Made by a program: the position numbers and the translations under genes. A stretch of 64,000 bases of DNA from the NCBI GenBank assembly GCA_020724845.1, contig DYGE01000005.1:6116-70115 (forward strand), read 5' to 3'. Below, one piece after another: positions 40,363-50,510 of this stretch. How positions within the stretch are numbered: position 1 is the stretch's first letter; each line of letters begins with the position of its first letter. The notes under the pieces are model-generated. The model saw nothing but the letters and a program-made list of their open reading frames with translations. It did not search any database and had not been told where the DNA came from. The DNA comes from Candidatus Paceibacter sp. (GTDB lineage Bacteria > Patescibacteriota > Minisyncoccia > UBA6257 > 02-FULL-45-10c).

Positions 40363-40976
40363 ATTGGAAAAAATTTATAAAACTTACCGTTGTAATCTAT
40401 ATAGCTGTCGGCTTCTTTCTAATCTTCGGGAAAACATCCTGGTTCCCGGAGTTTTATAATCCCCGCTTTATGGGCGGACTGGCTTTTGTCTCCGTTTTGC
40501 TTATGTTAGCGCCGCACTTTGTCTTTAATTCCAACGGGGAGCAAAGGCAGCAATCTGTTTTTCTCCTCCAAAAGGTAGTCACGGTAACAATGATACTGAA
40601 CGGGCTCGGCGGGCTAGGCCTCTATCAGCTTTATAGATTCGGATTTGAATATGATAAACTGATGCATTTCGTGGGCCCTATGCTTTTCACTGTCAGCGCC
40701 AGCTATCTATTGCACAGTTGGTACGCGACCGACATCAAAAAGTCGCTCGGGGCCGCAGTCATCATAGTCATGCTATTTGGCATTGGCTGGGAATTTTTTG
40801 AACTTTTCGCCGACCTATGGTTCGGTACGGAAACCTTAGGCCAGTACGGCCAGGGCATTCCTGAAGATACGGTTGTTGATATTATTATGAATTCCTTCGG
40901 AACTTTATCCGGAGCGCTTTGGATAATGTCAAAAAAAGAATTTTGGCATGACTCGGAAAATTCTCACAAAATTTGA
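40359..40976 (+). CDS. Hypothetical polytopic membrane protein (third gene of the nlpC module)
   Basis: 5-6 predicted TM helices; 4-nt overlap with the upstream gene. Confidence 0.5.
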   Translation: MNWKKFIKLTVVIYIAVGFFLIFGKTSWFPEFYNPRFMGGLAFVSVLLMLAPHFVFNSNGEQRQQSVFLLQKVVTVTMILNGLGGLGLYQLYRFGFEYDKLMHFVGPMLFTVSASYLLHSWYATDIKKSLGAAVIIVMLFGIGWEFFELFADLWFGTETLGQYGQGIPEDTVVDIIMNSFGTLSGALWIMSKKEFWHDSENSHKI

Positions 40977-41033
40977 TTTTTTAGAGAGAAAAATCTATAA
41001 TCTAGCAAATCCTTTTAAGCCCAATAAGGGTTA

Positions 41034-41345
41034 ATGAGAAAGCACGGGCGTCGAACTTATATTGCAACCTATTGGCTGAAAACAACCATCCAGATCGCTC
41101 CTGGAATCGGCAGCGGAGACGAATGCCACAAACTGCCGGAGGAAGAAATAGCGGCCATTAGCGATGATAAGGCAATTGAGGGCGCTGAAACTAAAAGACA
41201 AGCGCTAGAAATCCTGGAAAACGCCGGAGAAAATCCTTATAACCTGGAAAAAAATGTGCTTTTGGTGAGTATCAAAGATAAGAGAAGCGGCCTAGAAATA
41301 TACAGCCGATTCACCGATCCGACCATAAACAAAACTTCGCGTTAG
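41034..41345 (+). CDS. Hypothetical small protein
   Basis: 103-aa ORF; no recognised motifs. Confidence 0.35.
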   Translation: MRKHGRRTYIATYWLKTTIQIAPGIGSGDECHKLPEEEIAAISDDKAIEGAETKRQALEILENAGENPYNLEKNVLLVSIKDKRSGLEIYSRFTDPTINKTSR

Positions 41346-41362
41346 CGAAGTTTTTTAATGAA

Positions 41363-42553
41363 CTAAAACATGAAAAGATACGGTTGAAAGAAGTCCGGGT
41401 AGGCCTTCACATAAGCACAAAAACAATAGATAAGACCGGAAACTATCAGGCCCAGCACCGCGTAAGCTCTAGCGCTTTTAATCGGGATCTCCCAGGGCTT
41501 AGTTAAGAGGTAGAGGACAAAGAAAGTCCCTCCGATTTTCTGCAGTTCGCCGATCCCGTAAACTGATCCGACAAAGAGCGCGGTAATGCCAGCGACGATG
41601 GTAACTATCTGTGAGAACACGTAATTCCGGCTTCCATCGTACCAGCGAGTAGAGCTGATGAGCAGCCCCAAATATCCGACAAAACTACCGAGGAAAAGCC
41701 CGCCATAACGGAATGATTCCAATGGACCAACTACCACTCCGGAAATCTGAAGCGCAACATAAACCGCCAGCACGGCAAAAGCCGCTATGGTGCCACGACC
41801 TAGCGCCGCCTCATCCTGGAATCCAATAAACGCGCAAAGCGGCAGCACCAACACGCTGAACCCCAGCGCGCACATCAGAGCAAGCACTCCGATAAAACCG
41901 ATTAGAGCGCTGTTATACCAGATAGCTACACCGCTCCAAACAACGAAAAGAATTGACCAGAAACTGACATAATTCTCTTTTAATTTATGGATCTCTCCGC
42001 TTAACAACAGCGAGGCGGCAAGAAGAATACAACCGGTAAAACCTACGTAGGGGGCCGTACCCGGGCCAAATTCATAACCTTGGAAAATCAAGCCAAAGCT
42101 TAGCACATAAAGCATAACCTCCCAGACCTCTTTAGGAATGGCCGTAAGCATATTAACTATAAAATCTCCTATCAAATATACTCCGCAGCCGACAACTCCA
42201 AAAATTGCCAACACCCAAAGAATGTTAGTAAAGGTAATAAAACCAGCAGCCTTCTGAAGAAGAGTGAGCTGATTAGCAGTTTGGGAGTCGGCATCCTGGC
42301 CGGCAAGAAGATCCTGTAAGCTGATTGGCTTGCCAGCTACCTTCGACGCTTGCTTAAGATATCGCTCTGTCCCCTGCTCCGCCTGCATGGATGAAACAAC
42401 CCCGTCCTTTACAAGCTCATGCAGAGCCGAAACTTTTGTCCTGATAGCAGCAAGATCATTTGTTTGCTTAGCAGAAAATTCCGTCGTATTGGCAAAAGCC
42501 AAACCAACGGTCAAAGACCAAAGCGCCGCGGCAATTACTAGCGCCCGTTTCAT
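41363..42553 (-). CDS. Hypothetical membrane protein with signal peptide and ~8 TM segments
   Basis: N-terminal MKRALVIAAALWSLTVGLAFA; C-terminal half strongly hydrophobic. Confidence 0.55.
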   Translation of the reverse strand: MKRALVIAAALWSLTVGLAFANTTEFSAKQTNDLAAIRTKVSALHELVKDGVVSSMQAEQGTERYLKQASKVAGKPISLQDLLAGQDADSQTANQLTLLQKAAGFITFTNILWVLAIFGVVGCGVYLIGDFIVNMLTAIPKEVWEVMLYVLSFGLIFQGYEFGPGTAPYVGFTGCILLAASLLLSGEIHKLKENYVSFWSILFVVWSGVAIWYNSALIGFIGVLALMCALGFSVLVLPLCAFIGFQDEAALGRGTIAAFAVLAVYVALQISGVVVGPLESFRYGGLFLGSFVGYLGLLISSTRWYDGSRNYVFSQIVTIVAGITALFVGSVYGIGELQKIGGTFFVLYLLTKPWEIPIKSARAYAVLGLIVSGLIYCFCAYVKAYPDFFQPYLFMF

Positions 42554-42640
42554 TTCTCTTACTCCTGTCCCGAGATTTCAATGTGCATCTGCGTTATATA
42601 ATATCCAAGAACAAGCAAAAGTCAACCCTGGATAAAATAT

Positions 42641-42682
42641 GTTTTAAAAATAAAAAGGCGCCCCAACACGTTGTTGGGGCGC
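42641..42682 (-). terminator. Intrinsic terminator of the GC-rich cassette
   Basis: Perfect 11-bp stem gcgccccaaca / tgttggggcgc followed by TTTTTATTTTT on the minus strand. Confidence 0.7.
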
Positions 42683-42704
42683 TGCTGGCCTTGGACCAGC
42701 CGGG

Positions 42705-42971
42705 CTACGGGAGAACGAACCCTTCCATCTCCTGCTTGATCAGCGAGGGGATGGATTGCTTCATCCTCTCCTCGTAGTGCTTCGTGATCTGGTCGTTCTT
42801 CTCGGGGTAGCCGTTGGTGTACCAGCGATCTCCCTTACGGACCAGGTGCGCCGTGACCGTCTGGGAGTTGCCCTTGAACCGGAACGTCACCTGCGCCCGG
42901 CGACCGTTCCGAGAACGGCTGATCACCTGCGCGACTTCCAACACCGGCACTTCCGCGGTTTGGCCTTTCAT
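42705..42971 (-). CDS. Foreign high-GC small protein (88 aa), unknown function
   Basis: About 60% GC with GC3-rich codons (GGC, CGG, CTG, ACG) against a ~48% host. Perfect SD GGAGGG 7 nt upstream, whereas host genes lack SD. Has its own promoter and terminator. Confidence 0.65.
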   Translation of the reverse strand: MKGQTAEVPVLEVAQVISRSRNGRRAQVTFRFKGNSQTVTAHLVRKGDRWYTNGYPEKNDQITKHYEERMKQSIPSLIKQEMEGFVLP

Positions 42972-43019
42972 CTTTCATCCCTCCTTGGGGTTTACAGATT
43001 GCACCGGTACATCATGGTG

Positions 43020-43056
43020 CTGACTAAATGCTAGCACATTTTATTGCTTTTGTCAA
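43020..43056 (-). promoter_or_regulatory. Consensus-like sigma70 promoter for the GC-rich cassette
   Basis: On the minus strand: TTGACA (43056-43051), 17 nt spacer, TAGCAT preceded by TG (43033-43028). Confidence 0.5.
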
Positions 43057-43394
43057 GAAGGAGGATTCCTATACAAAAGGTCGAAGCAAAATGATCCGGT
43101 TAAATGGCGCAGCAAACAGTGATGAAAGGCATCTGATAAGATCAAAGCCCATCCAATACAAGATAGCGCCATGCCGGCAATACCGCCAATCCCCAGATAA
43201 TAACAAAGCAGTAATATCACCGCGCCAACGTAACCATGATGAATTCTTACGCCAAAAGTATACTCGCCAATGAACGTAGTATCTTTCGCGCTTTCCTTGC
43301 CCAGCACGAAACGGAGAAAGCAAGTTGCCAATTCAATGATTATGGCCAAAAGGAAAGTTGCGACAACAATAACTCCGGCGGTCAGCTCTACCAC
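43053..43394 (-). CDS. Hypothetical small membrane protein
   Basis: 113 aa with three hydrophobic helices. Confidence 0.45.
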   Translation of the reverse strand: MVELTAGVIVVATFLLAIIIELATCFLRFVLGKESAKDTTFIGEYTFGVRIHHGYVGAVILLLCYYLGIGGIAGMALSCIGWALILSDAFHHCLLRHLTGSFCFDLLYRNPPS

Positions 43395-43513
43395 GGCAGG
43401 CTCCTAGATCAACTTTTGAACAAGCTTATTATATTTTAAAATATAATTGCAGCATTGTGAACCTTTTCGGGAAAGCTTTAGTTTTCCTGACTCACTTTTT
43501 GTTCAAATCCGGT

Positions 43514-43539
43514 CGCAAAAATAAAAATTGGACTTAAGT
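43514..43539. terminator. Palindromic terminator 3' of tRNA-Asp
   Basis: aaaaATTGGACTTAAGTCCAATttttt. Confidence 0.6.
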
Positions 43540-43545
43540 CCAATT

Positions 43546-43620
43546 TTTATTTTTGCGGGCGCGACCGGATTTGAACCGGCGGTCTCCTCCGTGACAGGGA
43601 GGCGTGTTAACCAGGCTACA
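43546..43620 (-). tRNA. tRNA-Asp (GTC)
   Basis: GGGCGCG-TG-GTGT-AGCCTGGTTA-ACAC-G-CCTCC-CTGTCAC-GGAGG-AGAC-CGCCGG-TTCAAAT-CCGGT-CGCGCCC-G. Discriminator G73. Confidence 0.85.
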
Positions 43621-43667
43621 CCACGCGCCCATATTTAAAAAAGCATAAGCTAAACCGAAGCCAATGT

Positions 43668-44198
43668 CTACTCCCTAATCAGGTTCAACTCCTTGAAAGA
43701 CTGCTGATAAATACTTATCACCTCTTTAGCTTCCTCGTGAGTGATTTCATAAGTCGGGTCTTTAGCAATCCGGTCGCGGACCACATGGGCGTTTTTCACG
43801 TCGTCAACATTCGCTAATTGCGCCGGCGTTATTAATTCCAGCTTTTCCTCCATTCTAATCCCGAGGTAACCGGACATTTTGAGAATTTCATCCAGAATAT
43901 GATCAGCTTCCAAGATGGCGAGCTTCCATTGGCTTTGTTCCTCGGATTCCATTCTCTTTTGTATTTGCTTCCAGGCGCGGAGCGATCGCCTGCGAGAAAC
44001 GCGCCCCCCTCCGAGCACATCCAAGAATTGCTCCCGCTTTGTCTCTAAATAATTGGTTTTATTGATTATATAGACTATCCCCCACAAAAAAAGGGCTGAC
44101 AAAAGCAGCGAGACTATCTCCAGCCACCAAAGGTTGGGCTCAAGATAGCCGCCAAAAAAATCTCTGATCGGATAGATAATATCCAAAAGGAGCTCCAT
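43668..44198 (-). CDS. Hypothetical membrane-anchored protein
   Basis: 176-aa ORF with N-terminal TM, immediately upstream of gatA. Confidence 0.45.
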   Translation of the reverse strand: MELLLDIIYPIRDFFGGYLEPNLWWLEIVSLLLSALFLWGIVYIINKTNYLETKREQFLDVLGGGRVSRRRSLRAWKQIQKRMESEEQSQWKLAILEADHILDEILKMSGYLGIRMEEKLELITPAQLANVDDVKNAHVVRDRIAKDPTYEITHEEAKEVISIYQQSFKELNLIRE

Positions 44199-44201
44199 AA
44201 A

Positions 44202-45641
44202 CTAATTATACAGCTTTTCGTAGAATTGGCCGATGCCCAAAATGTCCGCCTCTCGGAAACGGCGGCCGATGAGCTGAAAACCGACCGGCAACCCAGTCCG
44301 CTTTTTCACCGGTATAGAAAGGGCCGGCAAGCCGGCAAGATTAACCGGTATAGTAAAAATATCGGAAAGATACATCTCTAGAGGATCGGCTGATTTTTCT
44401 CCTATTTTAAAGGCGCGAGTCGGGGTAACCGGAGTCGCAATCACATCTACCTCTTTAAAGGCCTCGTCAAAATCCCTCTTGATGAGCTGTCGCACCTTTT
44501 GAGCTTTGGAATAATAGGCGTCATAGTAACCGGAAGAGAGAACAAAATTGCCCAATAATATTCTCCTCTTCGGCTCCGCGCCGAAACCAGCCTCCCGATT
44601 TTTACGATACAAATCCAGAAGACTGCCGGCTTTGTGCCTAGTGCCGTATCTTATGCCATCAAACCTCTCCAGGTTGGAGCTGGCCTCCGCGGGCATAATT
44701 ATGTAATAACAAGAGAGAGCGTATTTTGTGTGAGGCAATCGAATTTTCTTAATTTCCAAACCCAAGCTTTTTATATCATTTATAACCCTTTCCACTTCCG
44801 CAGAAACTCCCTTATCAAGGCCTTCAATAAAGTATTCTTCAGGAATTCCGATTTTCAATTTTTTAATATTTTCCAGTTTTGGATTGAGCAAATCTTCCAA
44901 AGAATAATCAACATCGGCGCTAGTGGCATCAAGATCATCTTTCCCACGTATCTCATTAAATAAAATTGCAGCATCCTCAACCGTCTTGGTTAACGGCCCG
45001 ATCTGATCCAAACTGGAAGCCAAAGCAATCAGCCCATGCCGGGAAACCGATCCATAAGTAGGCTTTAATCCAACTACCCCGCAAAAAGCTGCCGGCTGGC
45101 GGATTGAGCCTCCCGTATCGGACCCCAAAGCCGCGACCGCCATATGATCCGCCACTGCCGCAGTTGATCCGCTGGAAGATCCGCCCGGAACTCTCTCCAA
45201 GTCTTTAGGATTCTTGGTAATCTTAAATCCGGAATTTTCTCCGGATGATCCCATTGCAAACTCATCCAGATTGGTTTTGCCCAAAATAACCGCGCCGGCA
45301 TCCTTTAATCTTTTGGATACCGTTGAGTCATAGCTCGCCGTGTAATCTTTCAAAATTTTTGACCCAGCGGTGGCCGGCAGTCCCTCAACAAGAATATTGT
45401 CTTTCAGGGCTATAGGTATTCCCGTCAATTTAGTCACTTTCTCATTCTTGGCTATTTTGATATCCGCCGCCTCTGCCTGCTTAATTGCAAAATCTTTATT
45501 TAAACTCAAATAAGCGCCAATTTCGGAATCCCTTTTTTCTATCCAGTCATATGTAGCTTGAGTTATTTCAAGCGCCGAAAAATCTTTTTTTAGCAACCCT
45601 TCGTGGAATTTTTTGATTGTTAGATCGTGTAAGTGTGCCAT
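44202..45641 (-). CDS. gatA: Glu-tRNA(Gln) amidotransferase subunit A
   Basis: Amidase signature GGSSSGSTAAVA, Ser-cisSer-Lys triad region. Confidence 0.9.
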   Translation of the reverse strand: MAHLHDLTIKKFHEGLLKKDFSALEITQATYDWIEKRDSEIGAYLSLNKDFAIKQAEAADIKIAKNEKVTKLTGIPIALKDNILVEGLPATAGSKILKDYTASYDSTVSKRLKDAGAVILGKTNLDEFAMGSSGENSGFKITKNPKDLERVPGGSSSGSTAAVADHMAVAALGSDTGGSIRQPAAFCGVVGLKPTYGSVSRHGLIALASSLDQIGPLTKTVEDAAILFNEIRGKDDLDATSADVDYSLEDLLNPKLENIKKLKIGIPEEYFIEGLDKGVSAEVERVINDIKSLGLEIKKIRLPHTKYALSCYYIIMPAEASSNLERFDGIRYGTRHKAGSLLDLYRKNREAGFGAEPKRRILLGNFVLSSGYYDAYYSKAQKVRQLIKRDFDEAFKEVDVIATPVTPTRAFKIGEKSADPLEMYLSDIFTIPVNLAGLPALSIPVKKRTGLPVGFQLIGRRFREADILGIGQFYEKLYN

Positions 45642-45726
45642 GTTTATCTAAATTTTTAAGCTCATGCGTAACGAAGAAAATTTAGCTACAAACATGAGCA
45701 TCCCGCCGTAGCGAGGCTCCTTTAAC

Positions 45727-46026
45727 TCAAAAAACTGGGGGAACTTTTAAATAGCCGCCTTTATTTTCCGGAAATTGCCCGGGTCCCCTGGCCGGGTAGG
45801 CTTTTCCGGTATCATCGGTTTTTCCCGGCATATCTTCTCTTACGACATTTTTATTATCGGTTCCTCCTGTCATTGGCTCAACATTCTCCGTATCCAATTC
45901 TTGCAGTTCTTTAAAATAATTCAGGATTTCCTCCAAGTCTTTTAAGAGCTTAGCCTCTTCGCTCTCCTTAAGCTCTATACGGGACAGCTCGGCCAAATGC
46001 TCCAAGTCTTTTTTATTAATATCCGC
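45727..46026 (-). CDS. gatC: Asp/Glu-tRNA amidotransferase subunit C
   Basis: MADINKKDLEHLAELSRIEL..., about 100 aa. Start reassigned to the internal Met. Confidence 0.7.
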   Translation of the reverse strand, partial: ADINKKDLEHLAELSRIELKESEEAKLLKDLEEILNYFKELQELDTENVEPMTGGTDNKNVVREDMPGKTDDTGKAYPARGPGQFPENKGGYLKVPPVF

Positions 46027-46087
46027 CATACGTATAGTATAAATTAATTTAAACAAAAAAAAAGATCCACGAAGGGATCTTGGTGGC

Positions 46088-46600
46088 TTAGAAAGCCAAA
46101 TGGGCCTGCTCCTCTTTTCTCAATTCCATTTTCATATAAGCAAGATCGTTAAGTCCTACAAAAAGAAGATCTTCAACCAAAATTTGATATAAGCCCATTC
46201 TGCTCCTCAAATTAAAATCACTATCCGCACTGCCCATCTGATATCCTAATTCCTTGCCAACTTCTCTCAATATCTTCTTAGAAAATTTATTTCTCTTCAA
46301 TAACCAGGTGGTCTCCGTCATTTGCTTCATCAATCTCTCACATCGGTCATTGGAAATTTCCAATTCCACAGAACTCAATCTGCCACCCCTCCGCAAAATA
46401 TCAACGTTATCTTTTACGTATCTGTAATCATCAATTTGAAGAAGAATCTTCCTGGAAAGATCAGGGGTTAGCTTGGGATTCTTGGAATGAATCTTTTCTT
46501 CTATATCTTTAACCAATAGGCCGGCAACCCTGGAATAATCCAGAGAATGACCGAGGGAAGGGATAATAGTTATCGCGAAAATAAGCAATGCCTTTTTCAT
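46088..46600 (-). CDS. Hypothetical secreted protein
   Basis: Signal peptide MKKALLIFAITIIPSLGHS. Confidence 0.45.
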   Translation of the reverse strand: MKKALLIFAITIIPSLGHSLDYSRVAGLLVKDIEEKIHSKNPKLTPDLSRKILLQIDDYRYVKDNVDILRRGGRLSSVELEISNDRCERLMKQMTETTWLLKRNKFSKKILREVGKELGYQMGSADSDFNLRSRMGLYQILVEDLLFVGLNDLAYMKMELRKEEQAHLAF

Positions 46601-46694
46601 GCTACCCTCCTTTTTTGACTTTACAAGGTTGTCAGGCCGAGTTGCTGACCATAAATTAACACAAAATTAAATAATTTACAAATCTAACGCGCTA

Positions 46695-48758
<2,064 letters not shown>

Positions 48759-48808
48759 TCAAATATCGAAACCCGAAACAATGACTAAATCCAAAAATTT
48801 AAGGATTT

Positions 48809-49180
48809 CTAATCTAGGGTGATTTCAAACGCTCTCGCGTTTTGCAGAGATTGTCCGGTTGATTTGATTACGACGCGCGAAGCCCCGCCTCCCAAATCTT
48901 CAAGCGTGCAGGTAGTTTGAAATGAAGAATTATTCTGCATAGAAGGCTCGGGGCAAGCAACACCGTCAGGGCAATCATTGCATATCTGGTCATCACTATA
49001 AAATTTATAAAGCCGCCACTCCAATCCGGAATCAGCCGCATAAATTGCCTTGGTGGAATTTACGATATCGGTTGACTGCCTGATTTGGTAAAGCATCAAA
49101 AGCCCGGCGATGGTTGTTGCGCCAAGTATAGTCCCTGACAAAGCTAAAACTGTTATAAGCATTACTTGCCCACTTCTCAT
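48809..49180 (-). CDS. PilX/ComGG-like minor pilus protein (hydrophobic N-terminal helix, no canonical prepilin cleavage motif)
   Basis: MRSGQVMLITVLALSGTILGATTIAGLLMLYQIRQSTD ... Confidence 0.4.
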   Translation of the reverse strand: MRSGQVMLITVLALSGTILGATTIAGLLMLYQIRQSTDIVNSTKAIYAADSGLEWRLYKFYSDDQICNDCPDGVACPEPSMQNNSSFQTTCTLEDLGGGASRVVIKSTGQSLQNARAFEITLD

Positions 49181-49205
49181 ATATATAAATGATAGCAAAA
49201 AACGC

Positions 49206-50471
49206 TTACGGCCTCACTTCTTCAATTCCTCCGGGAGTGGTAGTTGCCTGGAAATTCTTTTTATTGAAAGTAGCTGTGGCTGTTTTCGGAGCATCCATAT
49301 TCAGGATACATTGGCTGGTTCCCGCGCAAGATCCAGTCCATCCGGCGAATTCTGAATCTCCGCTTGGGCTGGCAGTTAAAGTCACGATTGTCCCGGTTGA
49401 ATAATCTTCTGTACAATCCGATCCGCAATTAATGCCTGTGGGATTGGATGTTACCGTGCCGGTGCCATCTCCAGTTTTCGTAACCTGCAAAGCCGCTGTT
49501 TCCGGATCAAATACTGCCGTGACAGATTTAGGAGAGCTCATATCCAAATCGCAAGATGGATTAGTCCCATAGCCGCTGCAATCCCCGAGCCAACCGCCAA
49601 AAACCGACCCGCTAAATGACGAGGCGGTTAAGGTAATAGTTCCCGTCAATTCCGACTCAAAACAATCAAGTCCGCAATTAATGCCGGGACCGGTTACTAC
49701 ACCATCTCCGATTCCGGTGCGCGCAACATTAAGGGTTACCGGATCAAAATGCGCTTCAACCGATTTAGATTCGTCCATGGTCAGCGTACATGGTTCGGTT
49801 CCCGTGCATGCGCCCGACCAACTATTGCCAAACCAGGATCCCGGAGCCGGGTTGGCAAATAAAGTATAAGTATCGCCGGTAACATAATTTGTTGTAGCGG
49901 ATGGACAAGTTAAACCGCAGTTAATTCCAGTACCGGTTACGGTTCCATTACCGTTTCCGGTTTTAGCTATATTAATTGATGGACCGTTACCAACTAAAGA
50001 TTGAGTAGAATATATTACTCCACCATAACCAACATCGCTACTCACCGGATATTTATTTCCATCTTTAATATTGTTCAAGTAATAAGATACGGACTTTACC
50101 CAATAACCATTATATATGTAACCATTGTTAACTACATATGCACACTTAGATTCTTCTAATGGATTGCCGTTACCCATGACCCTCGTTCGTTTCCCTAATT
50201 GACCAGTTCTTGATAACCATTCATTACAGGATTCTCCAAAATTACCTTCCCCAGCAGTATCAGTCCAAGTTCCTGAAAGATGCGGCGGCACAACACCAAC
50301 CTCTTCACTAAAAGCGCTATCTCCCGCAGAATTTTCTGCCACTATCTTAAAATTCCAAGTTCCTGGGGGATTTAATTGATCGCTATAAAAATACTGATTG
50401 TATGAAAACACAATCCCATGATTTCCAGCCCATTCTCCATTGCGATAAAGCTTATAGTTCGTAATCGCCAA
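49206..50471 (-). CDS. Secreted protein: C-terminal part of an FN3 plus three divergent InlB-B-repeat-like (GINCG...C) modules, ending in EVRP. In frame with 50511..52466 across a single TAG.
   Basis: Three repeats of the form GINCG(L/S)DC...TLTASP..GS.F.GW.G.C.GT..C.L.MD..K(S/T)..A.F. The codons after the upstream TAG, ITVTWEAPADNGGLAITNYKLYR, are a canonical FN3 start. The ORF-track start is TTG. Confidence 0.6.
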   Translation of the reverse strand: MAITNYKLYRNGEWAGNHGIVFSYNQYFYSDQLNPPGTWNFKIVAENSAGDSAFSEEVGVVPPHLSGTWTDTAGEGNFGESCNEWLSRTGQLGKRTRVMGNGNPLEESKCAYVVNNGYIYNGYWVKSVSYYLNNIKDGNKYPVSSDVGYGGVIYSTQSLVGNGPSINIAKTGNGNGTVTGTGINCGLTCPSATTNYVTGDTYTLFANPAPGSWFGNSWSGACTGTEPCTLTMDESKSVEAHFDPVTLNVARTGIGDGVVTGPGINCGLDCFESELTGTITLTASSFSGSVFGGWLGDCSGYGTNPSCDLDMSSPKSVTAVFDPETAALQVTKTGDGTGTVTSNPTGINCGSDCTEDYSTGTIVTLTASPSGDSEFAGWTGSCAGTSQCILNMDAPKTATATFNKKNFQATTTPGGIEEVRP

Positions 50472-50510
50472 TCCGCCATTATCCGCCGGCGCTTCCCAGG
50501 TTACCGTAAT

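Noticed and set aside
42756-43034. Plus-strand ORFs 42756..43034 and 42814..43023
   Set aside because: They are antisense to the GC-rich cassette. High GC suppresses stop codons, so these are spurious open frames.
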